In this document: piece by piece, positions 28,175 through 48,969 of the stretch
How the letters are laid out: each line of letters starts with the position of its first letter
Numbering within the stretch: the stretch's first letter is position 1
NCBI RefSeq assembly: GCF_009914755.1
Contig: NC_060931.1
Reading direction: 5' to 3' (one strand)
Source: the human T2T-CHM13v2.0 reference genome, Homo sapiens
Length of the DNA: 64,000 nt
The notes under the pieces: generated by a model
What the model was told of the DNA's origin: nothing
What the model saw: the letters and a program-made list of their open reading frames with translations, nothing else
Databases searched by the model: none
Position numbers and translations under genes: made by a program

Positions 28175-29814
28175 ACATCCAACTAATTTCTACTCCAATA
28201 GTGATTCATTCTATATTATTTTACTCATTCTATATTATGGATTCATGAAGTATACAACATATGCCAGACCTTATACCAGGCTCTGGGGATACAAGATGAA
28301 TAAATGTGTGCCTCAAGAAGCTCCCAGTTACTGAGATCCAGTTATACAGAAAGTTCAGAATTAGAACTCAGAACCCCCAACTTCCTTGAGGCTATTGGCA
28401 TGCCTTTCTAAAATGCTCCCAGGAAAATTAATTTCCAACCTTGTTGCATTATTGTGATGTCAGAACAACTCTGCCAATTTGACTGTTCTTACTCAACCAA
28501 AACCACTCCTGGGGGCAGTAGATTTGAAACTAATCCTCTTTGTCGTGAAATCTGGAGAATTGTAATTTTTAACATGTTTTGATGTGTTAATGTTAGTCTT
28601 TTTCCTCCTTTCTGGATGATGGTAAAATTTACTGAGCTCCCAAAACTGGCACCCTCGGTGTAATTCCTAATAAATAAAGACTGAAACTATGCACAAGAGC
28701 AGCGGGGAGTTTTCTAGCTGAAAATTCCACAGGAAACGGGGCTTGTGGTTTGCAATCATTACTACACAGCAGCTTCTGTGGCAGTTAAAATCAAGTTAAA
28801 GTCAAGTAGGTAAATTCTAGCTGTGTCCCAGGTTACTTCCTGCTATGAAGGCTGAATGCAAACCAGAGTATCTCACCATCAATATAAAAACTGTGTACAG
28901 AGTTTTCCTCAGCCCATTTAACATTACAGGTGTTTCAGGACTGTTGGAGGATTCCTGGGGCAAAATAAACCTAGGGTCTCAGTTACAAGCTGTGGGAGCC
29001 ACAGGCTGTGGCTCAGATCTTACTGCAACCTACAACTTGCTGGCCTCCTCACCTTTCAATCTTTGGTGCTCAAGAGCAGACCTACCTTGGGAGATCCCCT
29101 CTCGAAGGTAAATAATAGACAGACAGTCCTGCCCTGTCCTGCTCAGACATTGTCATCACCCCAGGTTGCTTTCTCCCACCTTGAAAACTCTCCATCCAGG
29201 ACCACACCCATACCCTATCTGCCTTCTCCACTTCCATTTCTAGGCAGCTGAGCATAGCTGGAGAAAGACCCCAAACATGGTGATGTATCTACATACATAC
29301 CTCTAGCCTCTGCTGCCCACTCCCTGCCACTTGGTACCTCTTTCATTTCTTGCAGACCCCTCCCACATCCCTTCCAGAAGTGGCTCCAAACCTCCTCCTC
29401 TTTGCCCAAGCCTTCAGCACACCTCCACCCTCACTGAACCCCAACAGCCCCTGCTGGGATAAAACTCATCAATGACAGCTCCAAATTCCTTCTCTCACCT
29501 CAAATCTTTTCTTTATTTTCAACCTTTTATATTCTCAGCTCTGTATCTGTCATTTTTCTGTCCCAGAGCCTACTATTCCTCCTGAGTTCTTAATCCCCTC
29601 CCCTTGGGTCCCTCCAGAGGTTCGAGTCTGTCAATTACTTTTTTTTCTCCACATTGGAGTACTTTCTCCCAAGTTGCATCTTCCCATCATCCTATAAATG
29701 TGTTTATCCTATAACAGTGCAGGACCACTACCTGCACATGCCATACCTAGAGCTTTTACTTGTTCTCTCACCTTTTCACTCCTAAAATTTTATTTAAAAA
29801 AAAAAAAATCTGTT

Positions 29815-30122
29815 GACAGGGCACAGTGGCTCACACCTGTAATCCTAGCACTTTGGGAGGCCAAGGCAGGTGGATCACCTGAGGTCAGGAGTTCGAGACC
29901 AGCCTGGCCAACATGGCAAAACCCAGTCTCTACTAAAAAAAAATACAAAAATTAGCCAGGCGTGTTGGCAGGTGCCTGTAATCCCAGCTACTCAGGAGGC
30001 TGAGGCAGGAGAATCACTTGAACCCAGGAAGTGGAGGTTGTAGTGAACCAAGATCATACCACTGCACTCCAGCCTGGGCAACAGAGTAAGACACTGTCTC
30101 AAAAAAAAAAAAACAAAAAACC
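29815..30122 (+). mobile_element. AluSx-like
   Basis: Full Alu with TSD aaaatctgtt. Confidence 0.93.
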
Positions 30123-30216
30123 AAAATCTGTTATTCACATTTCTATTACCACCCTACCTAGTCACTCTTTTTGAAAAAAATTATTATGAATACTTTCTGC
30201 ATTCAAAAAAGCATTA

Positions 30217-30845
<629 letters not shown>

Positions 30846-30991
30846 ATTTTTTCAGAAGCATAAACTATGATGTGATAAACACCTGCTTACTCACCACTTG
30901 GCTTAAGAAATAAAGTACGACCCATAACCCCACTCAGTGTTGGACTGGGACTTAATTTCACTTCTAATCCTTCTACCACCACCCCCCAAAT

Positions 30992-31003
30992 ACACACACA
31001 CAT

Positions 31004-31041
<38 letters not shown>
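30992..31041. repeat. Imperfect (CA)n microsatellite
   Basis: acacacacacatacacccacccacacacacacac... Confidence 0.95.
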
Positions 31042-31044
<3 letters not shown>

Positions 31045-34000
31045 TACCTCAAATGGCCTTTTTCTCTCAGGCCTGTTGTGCAAACTTACTCGGCTCTCCC
31101 TGCCCAATGCAGGCAGGGTTGATTATGAAATAATCCACTGCTGAATAATGAACCTTGCATGGTGTAGTTACTTCCAGCAATATATTTGTTCTAAATCTGA
31201 GCACCAACTAAAGATTTGCTGAGTCTCTGTTTATCAAAGGCTGATCAAGCACTTTACCGCTAATAAAGGGAGCTCATAACATCCTGGGGGTTCACTGTAT
31301 GTGCAAAGAGCTAAAGACCTCTAGGTTTCCCAGGATAGTCCTCCAAGGGCTGCCCTGGGGATGCCCCTTAAGGATCTACACCCATTCCTTTCATACTACC
31401 CCCATCTTGCAGTCTCTTCACAAAAGCATCAGGGTGTTTCAACCAGACACTTTAAGAGGGAGCAGTAACAGCCTATTCTAAGTATCTTAAAAGGCAGCTA
31501 TATGTAACAGTTTAAAAGTATTTACGTGTATTTCATCTCCTAGAATGTAAAGTGTTTATAGAAGAAATTTCAGACTCTACCAGTGAATGCCTGTCTCTCT
31601 TCTGACATCTCTCTTTCTCTTGCCAAGAACTAGAAAAATTAAATAAAATATTTAAGCTTATATCTCCTGTCTCCAGAGTAGACAGGGACACATAGAGTGT
31701 GCTAAGAATCCAGCCCCAAGGAGACAGGAGAATTTAATCTTTTTTATTTTAAATTTTTTCTGGGATATGTTTTTATCAATACAACTACCAGAGGCAATGC
31801 CATCTCAGACTTTTCTCCGACAATCTTGTGCTTTCCACTGTCGCATGCAATTAGGTGCTATTTATAGCTTTTTTAAAAAAGTAAAACATAAGATAATAAG
31901 AGAGAGCCGGTGAATTCTCCATTTTGTTGTTGATAAAGGTTTCTTTCAATATTATTTAAGCCAGATAGTTTTCATCTATATTAGTTGTATTAGATTGTGT
32001 GTTAGTGTGGGGAAAAGGAGAAGAAAGGGAGTGATTAAAGACAGTTTCAAAAACATTTTGCCCCCCTAAGAGGACATAAGACAGAGATAAAGGGCACAAG
32101 GCAGGTCTGGGTTTGAGGCTTAGCTCTTTGGCTTACAGTGTATATGACCTTGGGAAGTACATTTAACTATTTTTTCTCATATATAAAATGAGCAATAATG
32201 TTTACCTCAGGGAGTTTTTGTGAGGATTGTGCCTGCATCAGTCAGATACCAGCAGGAGACAGATGGCACCTTCAAACAGGGTAATTTAGGATAGTTGGGA
32301 GAAGCAGCTATTTCCACAGCTATGGAGAGGACTTGGGAGAACCTTGGAGGATGACAGGGCCTCCCGGGTTAGCAACAGAGAGAGCTGTTATCTAATGCTG
32401 GAGAGAAGTGTAGCTGAAGCTGTCTGTACCTGTGGCTAGAGGAGGGGCCTCCTGGCAGAAGTGGTGGCCTTCTCTAAAAAAACGCAGCCACCCAACCTGG
32501 GTGAAAGTGATTCTTCTCCTAGAAAGTGATTCTAGGAGAAACTAATGGTCAAGCACCGAGCTTCCTGGTGGTCTAACATGGTCAAACGCACACTTGGAGA
32601 ACCTGGGGAAGAGGGGAGAGATGCCTTCCCTTTTAGAAGATCTTCCCTAAAAAGCATTTCTGTCAGGCAAGCTTTGGATTGGCAGAGACATCCAGAGGTT
32701 ATTCTCTCCAACAAGACCTGGAATGAGTGCTGCTGTCCACGCTGCTGATGGCAGGAATCCACAGGCTTTGGTGAACAGGCTGGCTCGTGGTAGGGCTGGG
32801 CTGCCTGTTTATTATAAAAGCACTGCAGCTTCTCATTCCTGGAGGCAGCAGGTTAGAGCTCACTCTGGCAAGCGATGCTGCCGAGTATCTCTTACACCAT
32901 CTTCCAGCAATTTGTTTGCAACTATCAAGGGGTAAAAGGAAATCACCTGACATGGAGATTAAAAAAAAATACCCTCCAAATGCCACCTTCTTTGAGTTTA
33001 AGCCTCAAATACAACTTCCCCAAAATGCCATAGTCTGCCACCCAGAAAAATCAGACCCCCACCTTTTGCTGGAAGTTACAGACCAAGGCTAGTTAGAATC
33101 CCCTATGCCCTGAATTGTAATGCAGATGAAATGGGGTGAAAATGAACTTCAGGAGTGGACTTGAAAAGAACTAATCTTAGGAGCTACTACATATTGCCAC
33201 CTCCAGGCACCAGGCACTTTAAAACATTACTCTAATTTTCTACTTGCCTTCTGGGTAGGCAGTGTTATCTCCTTTGTATTTTTCAGATATGAAAATGAGG
33301 TTCTGAGATGATAAGTGCTAGCCCAGGGATGCTCTGATAGAGCTGCATTTGAATTCAGCTTTCTCTGACCTCAAGCAGCACATCCTCAAGGCAAAGGAAG
33401 TCTTAATGCTTCCTTCTGCTTTGGAGAAGGGTAGACCTGGGCCAACCTGTGTATAAGCCGCTGGTCCCGCAGGTGCCCAAACCCCTGACTGGGTACCAGA
33501 TCCAGCTACCCCTCACCCCTGCAAAGCTCAAAGCTAGACACAGACCTGGACCTGCTGAACCCTGGGGCCAGCTTTCCAAGGAGCTTTATCCACACCTCTC
33601 CTTGGCCCTCACCACAACCTGGGAAGTAAGCAGAGCCTGATAAGTAACATTCATTCCACGGGAGAGTCAAAGAGGTAAACCTGGGATCCCCTAGCTGCCG
33701 AGTCGGAGCTGGAAGAAGAGCTCAGCTGCTTGGGCTGCTCCGCCTGGTGGTCTGATACAGTAACACGACAGTATGTGTAGAAAGATGTTGTATAACTGAG
33801 AAACCGAGTGTCTGTACACCACCTTATGCTATCTCAGATGTGGACGGCAGAGCCCAGTTACACAGAGCTGGAGTGATCCTGTGTTAATTGCCCTTCATAT
33901 TTAGCTTAATGAGCTTTTCCTAATTAGTCATACAGCCCTAACCTGCACCCCAAAAAGATAATAAAAATAGCAGTGGCTTTGTGGTATTGATTCCAGATCT

Positions 34001-34967
34001 TATTTTTTGTTGTTTTCCTTGATCTCCATTTGACTTATCTCTTTCATCTCAAAATCTTATAAAGTGAATGATGCAAAAATGATGGGTAGGGGGTTGACCT
34101 CCTACTGGAGACTCACTATTCCTATGAGTGTGTTGAATTTCATTCTGGCCAAACAAAATGGACTCTCCTGTATCCATTTTTACAGAGCATTTGCTGACAA
34201 GTATAGTCACTAACCACTTACAAATAGCAGCACAGTTTAAGCCTCTGGGTTTTTTTCCCATGTCATTTGTCAAAGACTAACCAAAATATAAGTGCTGTGT
34301 TCCAGGGGTCTTATCTCTTCACTTGGGATCTGCATAGCAAAAACCCTGAGCTGCCTCAGGACAGCTTGTGATCAGGATGTAGGGTGCAGCTGAAAAGGTA
34401 ATTGACATTTTCCTTTACATTTGCTGAATACCTACACGTGCCAGGCACTCCTCATTGATTATCACTTGGTTCTCACATAACCCTAGAGGATAGAATTTGT
34501 TGTCCCCATTGTAGATAGAGGTGAGAACACCGGCTCAGAGACATCAGGTAACTGACTCAGCCTTGCACAGTGAGTCACTGGCTGGGCCAGTATTTGGACC
34601 AGATTCTCTGATTACCAAGCCCACTTTCTCTCCTTCTGTGATGCTCCTCACTCCACTTTCACACCTGTGAGAATCAGGCACTGAACTGCATAAACTGGGA
34701 TCAGTTGTTCACAGTAGGCTAAGGCAGGCAGCCCTGGAGGAAACACCTCCCCTTCTTTACCTGTAAAGTGGGGGTAATAACAGTACCTCCCTCTTGGAAT
34801 TGGTTTGATGTATACGTCCATCAAATCCCTAGAACACTGAGTTAACAAACTTAACACTGTATAACTGTTAGCTATTATTCTTTACTCCATCAACATTTTG
34901 TTAATTTTGGTTGATTGTAAACTTCAACAAATAAACAGAGCCCCTTCTGTGTAAAAGTTCTGTACAA

Positions 34968-35952
34968 GGGAGCCAAGATGGCCGAATAGGAATAGCTCCA
35001 GTCTACAGCTCCCAGCATGAGCAACACAGAAGATGGGTTATTTCTGCATTTCCAACTGAGGTACTGGGTTCATCTCACTGGTGAGTGTTGGAAAGTGGGT
35101 GCAGGACAGTGGGTGCAGTGCACCGAGCATGAGCCAAAGCAGGGCGAGGCATTGCCTCACCCAGGAAGTGCAAGGGGTCAGGGAATTCTCTTTCCTAGTC
35201 AAAAAAAAAAGGGGTGACAGATGGCACCTGGAAAATCAGGTCACTCCCACCCTAATACTGCACTTTTCCAGCGGTCTTAGCAAATGGCACACCAGGAGAT
35301 TATATCCCGCACCTGGCTTGGAGAGTCCTACGCCCAATGTGCCTCGCTCATTGCTAGCACAGCAGTCTGAGATAAAATTGCAAGGCAGCAGTGAGGCTGG
35401 GGGAGGGGCGCCCGCCATTGCAGACCAGGAAGCTTGAACTGGGTAGAGCCCACTGCAGCTCAAGGAGGCCTGCCTGCCTCTGTAGACTCCATCTCTGGGG
35501 GCAGGCCATTGCCAAACAAAAGGCAGCAGAATCCTCTGCAGACTTAAATGTCCCTGTCTGACAGCTTTGAAGAGAGTAGTGGTTCTACCAGCACACAGCT
35601 GGAGATCTGAGAACAGACAGACTGCCTCCTCAAGTGGGTCCCTGCCCCCCAAGTAGCCTAACTGGGGGCAGACTGACACCTCACACGGCCGGGTACTCCT
35701 CTGAGACAAAACTTCCAGAGGAATGATCAGGCAGCAACATTTGCTGTTCACCAATATCCGCTGTTCTGCAGCCTCCACTGCTGATAGCCAGGCAAACAGG
35801 GTCTGGAATGGACCTCCAGCAAACTCCAACAGACCTGCAGCTGAGGGTCCTGACTGTTAGAAGGAAAACTAACAAACAGAAAGGACATCCACACAAAAAC
35901 CCCATCTGTACATCACCATCATCAAAGACCAAAGGTAGATAAAACCACAAAG
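34968..35952 (+). promoter_or_regulatory. L1 5'UTR (internal sense promoter with YY1 motif caagatggc; antisense promoter region)
   Basis: Position upstream of the ORF1 ATG and an intact YY1 motif near the 5' end. Many CpGs have decayed to TpG/CpA. Confidence 0.75.
35236..35418 (-). other. L1 ORF0 homologue, 60 aa, truncated by a CGA>TGA stop
   Basis: MAGAPPPASLLPCNFISDCCASN...IRVGVT* lies inside the 197-aa minus-strand ORF; ATG at 35418-35416. Confidence 0.8.
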
Positions 35953-36969
35953 ATGGGGAAAAAACAGCAGAAAAAAACTGGAAACTCTAAAAATCAGAGC
36001 GCCTCTCCTCCTCCAAAGGAATGCAGCTCCTCACCAGCAACAGAACAAAGCTGGATGGGGAATGACTTTGACGAGTTGAGAGAAGAAGGCTTCAGACGAT
36101 CAAACTACTCCGAGCTAAAGGAGGAAGTTTGAACCCATGGCAAAGAAGTTAAAAACCTTGAAAAAAAAATTAGACGAATGGCTAACTAGAATACCAGTGC
36201 AGAGAAGTCCTTAAAGGACCTGATGGAGCTGAAAACCAAGGCACGAGAACTACATGACAAATGCACAAGCCTCAGTAGCCGATTCGATCAACTGGAAGAA
36301 AGGGTATCAGTGATGGAAGATCAAATGAATGAAATGAAGCAAGAAGACAAGTTTAGAGAAAAAAGAATAAAAAGAAATGAACAAAGCCTCCAAGAAATAT
36401 AGGACTGTGTGAGAAGACCAAATCTACGTCTGACTGGTGTACCTAAAAGTAATGGGGAGAATGGAACCAAGTTGGAAAACACTCTGCAGGATATTATCCA
36501 GGAGAATTTCCCCAATTTAGCAAGGCAGGCCAACATTAAAATTCAGGAAATACAGAGAATGCCACAAAGATACTCCTCGAGAAGAGCAACTCCAAGACAC
36601 ATAATTCTCAGATTCACCAAAATTGAAATGAAGGAAAAAATGTTAAGGGCAGCCAGAGAAAAAGGTCAGGTTACCCACAAAGGGAAGCCCATCAGAATAA
36701 CAGCAGATCTCTCAGCAGAAACTCTACAAGCCAGAAGAGAGTGGGGGCCAATATTCAACGTTCTTAAAGAAAAGAATTTTCAACCCAGAATTTCATATCC
36801 AGCCAAACCAAGCTTCATAAGTGAAGGAGAAATAAAATACTTTACAGACAAGCAAATGCTGAGAGATTTTGTCACCACTAGGCCTGCCCTAAAAGAGCTC
36901 CTGAAGGAAGCACTAAACATGGAGAGAAACAAGCGGTCCCAGCCACTGCAAAAACATGCCAAATTGTAA
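35953..36969 (+). pseudogene. Disrupted L1 ORF1p
   Basis: ATGGGGAAAAAACAG start followed by frameshifts and stops. The C-terminal ~186 aa stay open (RPNLRL...REKG...PALKELLKEAL...QKHAKL). Confidence 0.92.
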
Positions 36970-37017
36970 AGACCATCAATGCTAGGAAGAAACTGCGTCA
37001 ACTAACGAGCAAAATAA

Positions 37018-40870
<3,853 letters not shown>

Positions 40871-42500
40871 AACAATGAGAACACATGGACACAGGAAGGG
40901 GAACATCACACACCGGGGCCTGCTGTGGGGTGGGGGGACGGGGGAGGGATAGCATTTGGAGATATACCTAATGTTAAATGACGAGTTACTGGGTGCAGCA
41001 CACCAACATGGCACATGTATACATATGTAACAAACCTGCATGTTGTGCACATGTACCCTAAAACTTAAAGTATAATAATAAAAAAAGAAAACTTCTGTAC
41101 AAAAGACAGCATTGAATACCAAGAAGCAACACATAGCAATGGCTAACCACATGAGATCTGGTATAGCACAGATGAGTTCAAATTCTAGCTCTACCACTTA
41201 CCAACTCTGTGACCACAGGCTGTAATATTCGCCCGACTTGCACCTCTGGGAAAGGGGAATGGGAACATCTGTCTCCCAGGGCAAGGATTCCAGGTGAAAA
41301 TGTATGAAAGCTCTTAGCATGGAGCCTGCTTCCTCTTTGTCAGGGGTGAAATAAATGGCCACTGCTAATTTCATCATGAGCAGGGTCTTAAGTCCAAGAA
41401 AGTTTCACGAAGCTTTCAGCCAGGTGGAGACAACAGATTGGAAAACTTTCCCACCCAAAAAGTTAAGGCAGGGTGGTCTGTGACAACGGGAGCTTCACCA
41501 TAGACTGAAGGCCCAGCTGATGCAGAGAAGAAAGAAGCCCTGGGAAGTTTTCCCCGTGGACTCTGAGGTCCTGTGTGGCATCAGGGAGGTCACCTGAGGC
41601 AGATCCAAACATGCTGGAATGTAGGACATGGGTTTCTGGAGGAGGACGCAGCCACCCCAAAATCTGCCAGAGTAAAGGATGTATAGCATCCTCCAAAACA
41701 TCCTAAAGAGGAGGAAAGGATCTCAACTGTAACCTCTCATCCTCACCTAAGCAAGGCAGTGGGGGGCACTCTATAGGCAGTGTAAATGAACCTGGTCATG
41801 AGAGGTCCCTGTTCTCTAGGCCAAGGTGGGACTGGAGCAAACAATAGCACTTGACTGAGGGTCAACCTAACTGACCTAGTTTCGCTAAGCTATTCAAATA
41901 CAGTCAGTTATGTGTCACTTAACAGGGATATGTTCTGAGAAATGCATTGTTAGGAGATTTCATCGTTGTGTGAACATCACAGAGTGTACTTACACAGACA
42001 TAGACGGTCTAGTCTATTGCACACCTAGGCTTTATGGTATAGCCTATTGCTCCTAGGCTGCAAACCCATATGGTATGCTAATGTACTGAACACTGTATGC
42101 AATTGTAACACAATGATAAGTATTTGTGTATCTAAACATAGAAAAGGTACAGTAAAAATATGGTATAAAGGATAAAGTGTGGTACACCTGCATAGGGCAC
42201 TTACCATGCATAGAGCTGGCAGGACTGGAAGTCACTCTGGGTGGGTCAGTGAGTGAATGGTGAATGAATGTGAAGGCCTAGGATGTTACTGTACACTACT
42301 ATAGACTTCGTAAACACTATACATGCACTTAGGCTACACTAAATTTATTTTTAATATTTTTCTTTCCTCAATAATAAAATTAACCTTAGCTTACTTCAGT
42401 TTTTTACTTTGTAAAGTTTAATATTTTTTAACTTTCTGACTCTTTTAGAATAACACTTAGTGTAAAACACACACACATCGTACAGCTGCACCAAAAATAA

Positions 42501-42880
<380 letters not shown>

Positions 42881-42891
42881 TAAGACACACT

Positions 42892-43496
<605 letters not shown>

Positions 43497-44224
43497 CTAA
43501 GACAGGGACAGGAACATCAATATCACTATCTTCCACCTCCACATCTGGTCCCACTGGAAGGTCCTTGGGGACAATAACACACGGAGCTGTCATCTTCTAT
43601 GATAACCATTCTTCTGGAATACCACCTGAGGACCTGCCTGAAGCTGTTTTACAGTTAACTTTTTTTCAGTAAGTAGGAGTACACTCTAAAATAACTATAA
43701 ACAATAAATACCTAAACCAGTAACACAATCGTTTACTATCAGTATCAAGTATTATGTACTGTACATAATTTTATGTGCTAGACTTTTCTATGACTGGCAG
43801 CGCAGTAGATTTGTTTACACCAGCATCTCCACAGACAGGGAGGTAATGTGTTGTGCTAAGATGTTACAACAGCTACAATGTCATTAAACAATAGGAATTT
43901 TTCAGCTCAATTTTAATTTTATGGGACCACCATCATATATGCAGCCTGTTGTAGACCAAAACACCATTATGTGGCACCTGACTGTACTAGACAAGAGTAT
44001 TCTAATGTTTTCAATAGCCAATGCAGGCTGAAGCACTGGGCTGCTTAAACTTTTCAAAAGAAGGCAAAGTAGGGGTGTGTGTATATGAATATTTCTGTCA
44101 GGTTTATTTGGTCTTCAGATCATCTTCCTAAAAGGAATATGTGTCAAGTAAACATGTGGTTAGTAAGATTATTTTAAAAGATAAACAGTAGCAGAAGATC
44201 CTATTAAGACAAACACACAAAATA

Positions 44225-44483
44225 GGTGGGAGAATCACTTGAGCCCAGGAGTTTGAGATCAGCCTGGGCAACATAGCAAAACTCCATCTCTACAAAAATA
44301 AAAAATAAAATTAGCCAGGCGTGCGGTAGCACTACACCGGTTATCCTAGCTACTTGGGAGGCTGAAGCAGGAAGATGGCCCGAGCCCAGGAATTTGAGGT
44401 TACAGCGAGCTACGATCACGTCGCTGCACTCCAGCCTGGGTAACAGAGAAAGATTCTGTCTCTAAAAAGGAAAGAAAAAAAAA
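44225..44483 (+). mobile_element. 5'-truncated AluJ
   Basis: cacttgagcccaggagtttgag...gggcaacatagc...gagctacgatc. Confidence 0.88.
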
Positions 44484-45225
44484 CTGAAACTGGTATGTTA
44501 ATGTTTAAACTCTGATTTTTAACAATATATGAATGTGCTCATACACTCCCACACACATTTTCTTTCCGTCTGTATACATTTCCAATGGGATTTTGGGTAC
44601 TAACTGCAAACTGGCGTCTCATGATGTTTGCCTTCGCAGAGTGGGAAATCTCAGAGTGCGAGGCAAGGCTCCTGACAAGACTGTTATCTGCACCCATTTA
44701 ACAAAGCTAGTCTCGGTTGCCCTCAGAACGTATGATGAAGTCTGCCTGTGCTTTTATGGCAGAAATGGTGGGGGCAGGGGCCCACACTGGAGGGCTGGTA
44801 GTGAAGTAGGCATTTGGAGATCCCTAATGAAAACTGGCCCATGGGGTCTTCCCTCACTGATGCAAACCAAACACTGCTGTTGGGATGAATAGGAGGCATA
44901 CCCAGAAATGTGCTAGGACTCCCAAGAAATGTCATCTATAGGTAGCTGGCAGCTGCTCTAATCTCATTTCTCTAATTCTACTTATTATTAGAATGTTCAA
45001 AATATTAACCTCACTCTGGATATTCAATTAGTTTGGACAAATCACAATTGATGCCAATTAACTGCACTGAAGAGCATTTCCTCTTAGTACTACAATTCAC
45101 AATTACTCATAATTGCAATCTAATTTATTTGCTTTAATTAATATTTGACTTATATAAAAAGAGATAGGAGAGATTTTTCAAGAGTGTCTTTCTGCTGATA
45201 GTGTTTTAATGCCTAAAAGGAATGC

Positions 45226-45543
45226 TTTTTTTTTTTTTTTTGGGGGGGGGACAGAGTCTCGTTCTGTCACCCAGACTGGAGTGCAGTGGTGCAATCTTGG
45301 CTCACTGCAACCTCCGTCTCCACGGTTCAAGCAATTCTCCTGTCTCAGCCTCCTAAGTAGCTGGGATTACAGGCATGCATCACCACACCCGGCTAATTTT
45401 TTGTATTTTTTGTATTTTATATTTTTAGAGACAGGGTTTCATCATGTTGGCCAGGCTGGTCTTGAACTCCTGACCTCAGGTGATCTGCCCGCCTCGGCTG
45501 CCCAAAGTGCTGGGATTACAGGCATGAGCCACCGCGCCCAGCT
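45226..45543 (-). mobile_element. AluSx-like
   Basis: Full Alu; T-tail joined to a G-run. Confidence 0.92.
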
Positions 45544-45691
45544 GGCACAGAGGTAATTCTTTCTTATGCTTACTGAGTTGGGTTTCAAGAGGCCCTCAGA
45601 GTCAAAATTATACCTACTAATTCAGGCTCATTCATTGCTCCTAATCCCACAACATTAAAACTCAGCAGTTTGATGGTTTGGTTCTTTTTCC

Positions 45692-45979
45692 TTTTTTTTT
45701 TTTAAGGGGCTCACTCTGTCACCCAGGCTGGAGAGCAGTGGTGAGATCCTAGGTCATTGCCCCCTAAATCTCCCAGGCTCAAGTGATCCTCCTGCCTCAG
45801 CCTTCTGAGTAGTTAGGACTACAGGTGTACACTGCCACACCTGGGGAATGTATTTTTTTTTTTAGAGAGATGGGGTCTCACTATTTTGCCCAGGCTGGTC
45901 TCGAACTCCTGGTCTCAAGCAATCCTCCTACCTCAGTCTCCCAAAAATGTTGATATTTCAGGTATGAGCCACTGCAGCC
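45692..45979 (-). mobile_element. AluJ (diverged)
   Basis: ctcactctgtcacccaggctgg...ggctcaagtgatcctcc...gtctcactattttgcccagg. Confidence 0.85.
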
Positions 45980-46846
45980 CTATATGGTGGTTCTTGCAGA
46001 AAATAACTTCACATAAATTCTCCTCTTTGTTTCATAAGATGAAATGCTCATTCCCCATTACCTATAGATAAGGTAAGCCCCATGCATAATACTGAGGTCC
46101 AAATTTGTCTTTGATGCTCTTCCATGTTCCTTTCTTTGACTACCTTGTCAATGTCTCCCTGCACCCACCTCCAAATCCTCACACCCTCCAGCCACCCTCT
46201 ATCCATCCCACCAGATCCAAACCAGCTCTGCACTCTCTGCTAAGCTGCCTATACCTGGCCTGAGTCCTTCAATACTTATTAGTCTTGACTCCAGGCAGGT
46301 TATTAGAGCCCATCTGGGTGAATTACTCATAGTAAAATATTACTTGACTGACGATAGTGTTACATTCCTCCCAGATAATCCCAGATGATCCAGCTCCATC
46401 CAACCAGGACCTTCAAAGTCTTAGAAATGTTCAATGGCAGTGGAAGTTTTAGTTGCTACTAGCAGATAGAGGAGATTTGTCAGACCTTAACAAGCCTCTT
46501 TAGAAGTCTTTAAATTATATGATAAATAAATAAACAAAAACAAAAACTCCACACCCACAATAAAGAGATAGGAGGATTCCCAGTTTGGTCAAGTACTGAT
46601 TCCATCTTTATTTCAAACATTTATTGATCACCACTGTGTGTCCCACATTGCACCAAGTGCTAGAGATGAAGGCACACTGTACGTTTGCCAAATTTTTCCC
46701 TCCTCACTCTCATTAAAATCATTTGCACACTTCTCTCTCCCACGCACCAGACTATCAGCTCCTCCTGGCACATCCTCTTTATCCTTGGAGCCCCAATGCC
46801 TGGCACACAGCATAAATTCAATACTGAACAGAGATTATTAGAATGA

Positions 46847-48121
<1,275 letters not shown>

Positions 48122-48567
48122 TTGAGGATTACTGGGTTAAAAGCAGTTTCTTAGACAACCCACCAAATGGGAGACAATATTTGCAAATTATATACCTGAT
48201 AAGGGACTTGTATCCAAAGTATGTAAACAGCTTTTAAAACTCTACAATAAAAGGACAAATGACCCAATTAAAAGCTGGACAAAAAATTTTAAATAGACAT
48301 TTCCCCAAATGATATAAAAAATATATACAGATGTCCAATAAATACATGAAAAGATACTCAGCATCAGCAGTCAGTAGGGTAATACAAATCAAAACCACAA
48401 TGAGATATCACTTCCCATCCACTAGGATGGCTATGATCAAAGATGGGTAATAATAAGTGTTGATGAAGATATGGAGAAAGTGAAACTCTCATACATTGCG
48501 GATGGGAATGTAAAGTGGTGCAAATACTTTTAAAAACAGTTTGGAAGTTCCTTTAAAAAAAAGTTAA

Positions 48568-48969
<402 letters not shown>

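Noticed and set aside
32230-32500. Possible ancient ERVL/MaLR LTR fragment
   Set aside because: It resembles old LTR starts, but family and boundaries could not be supported by eye.
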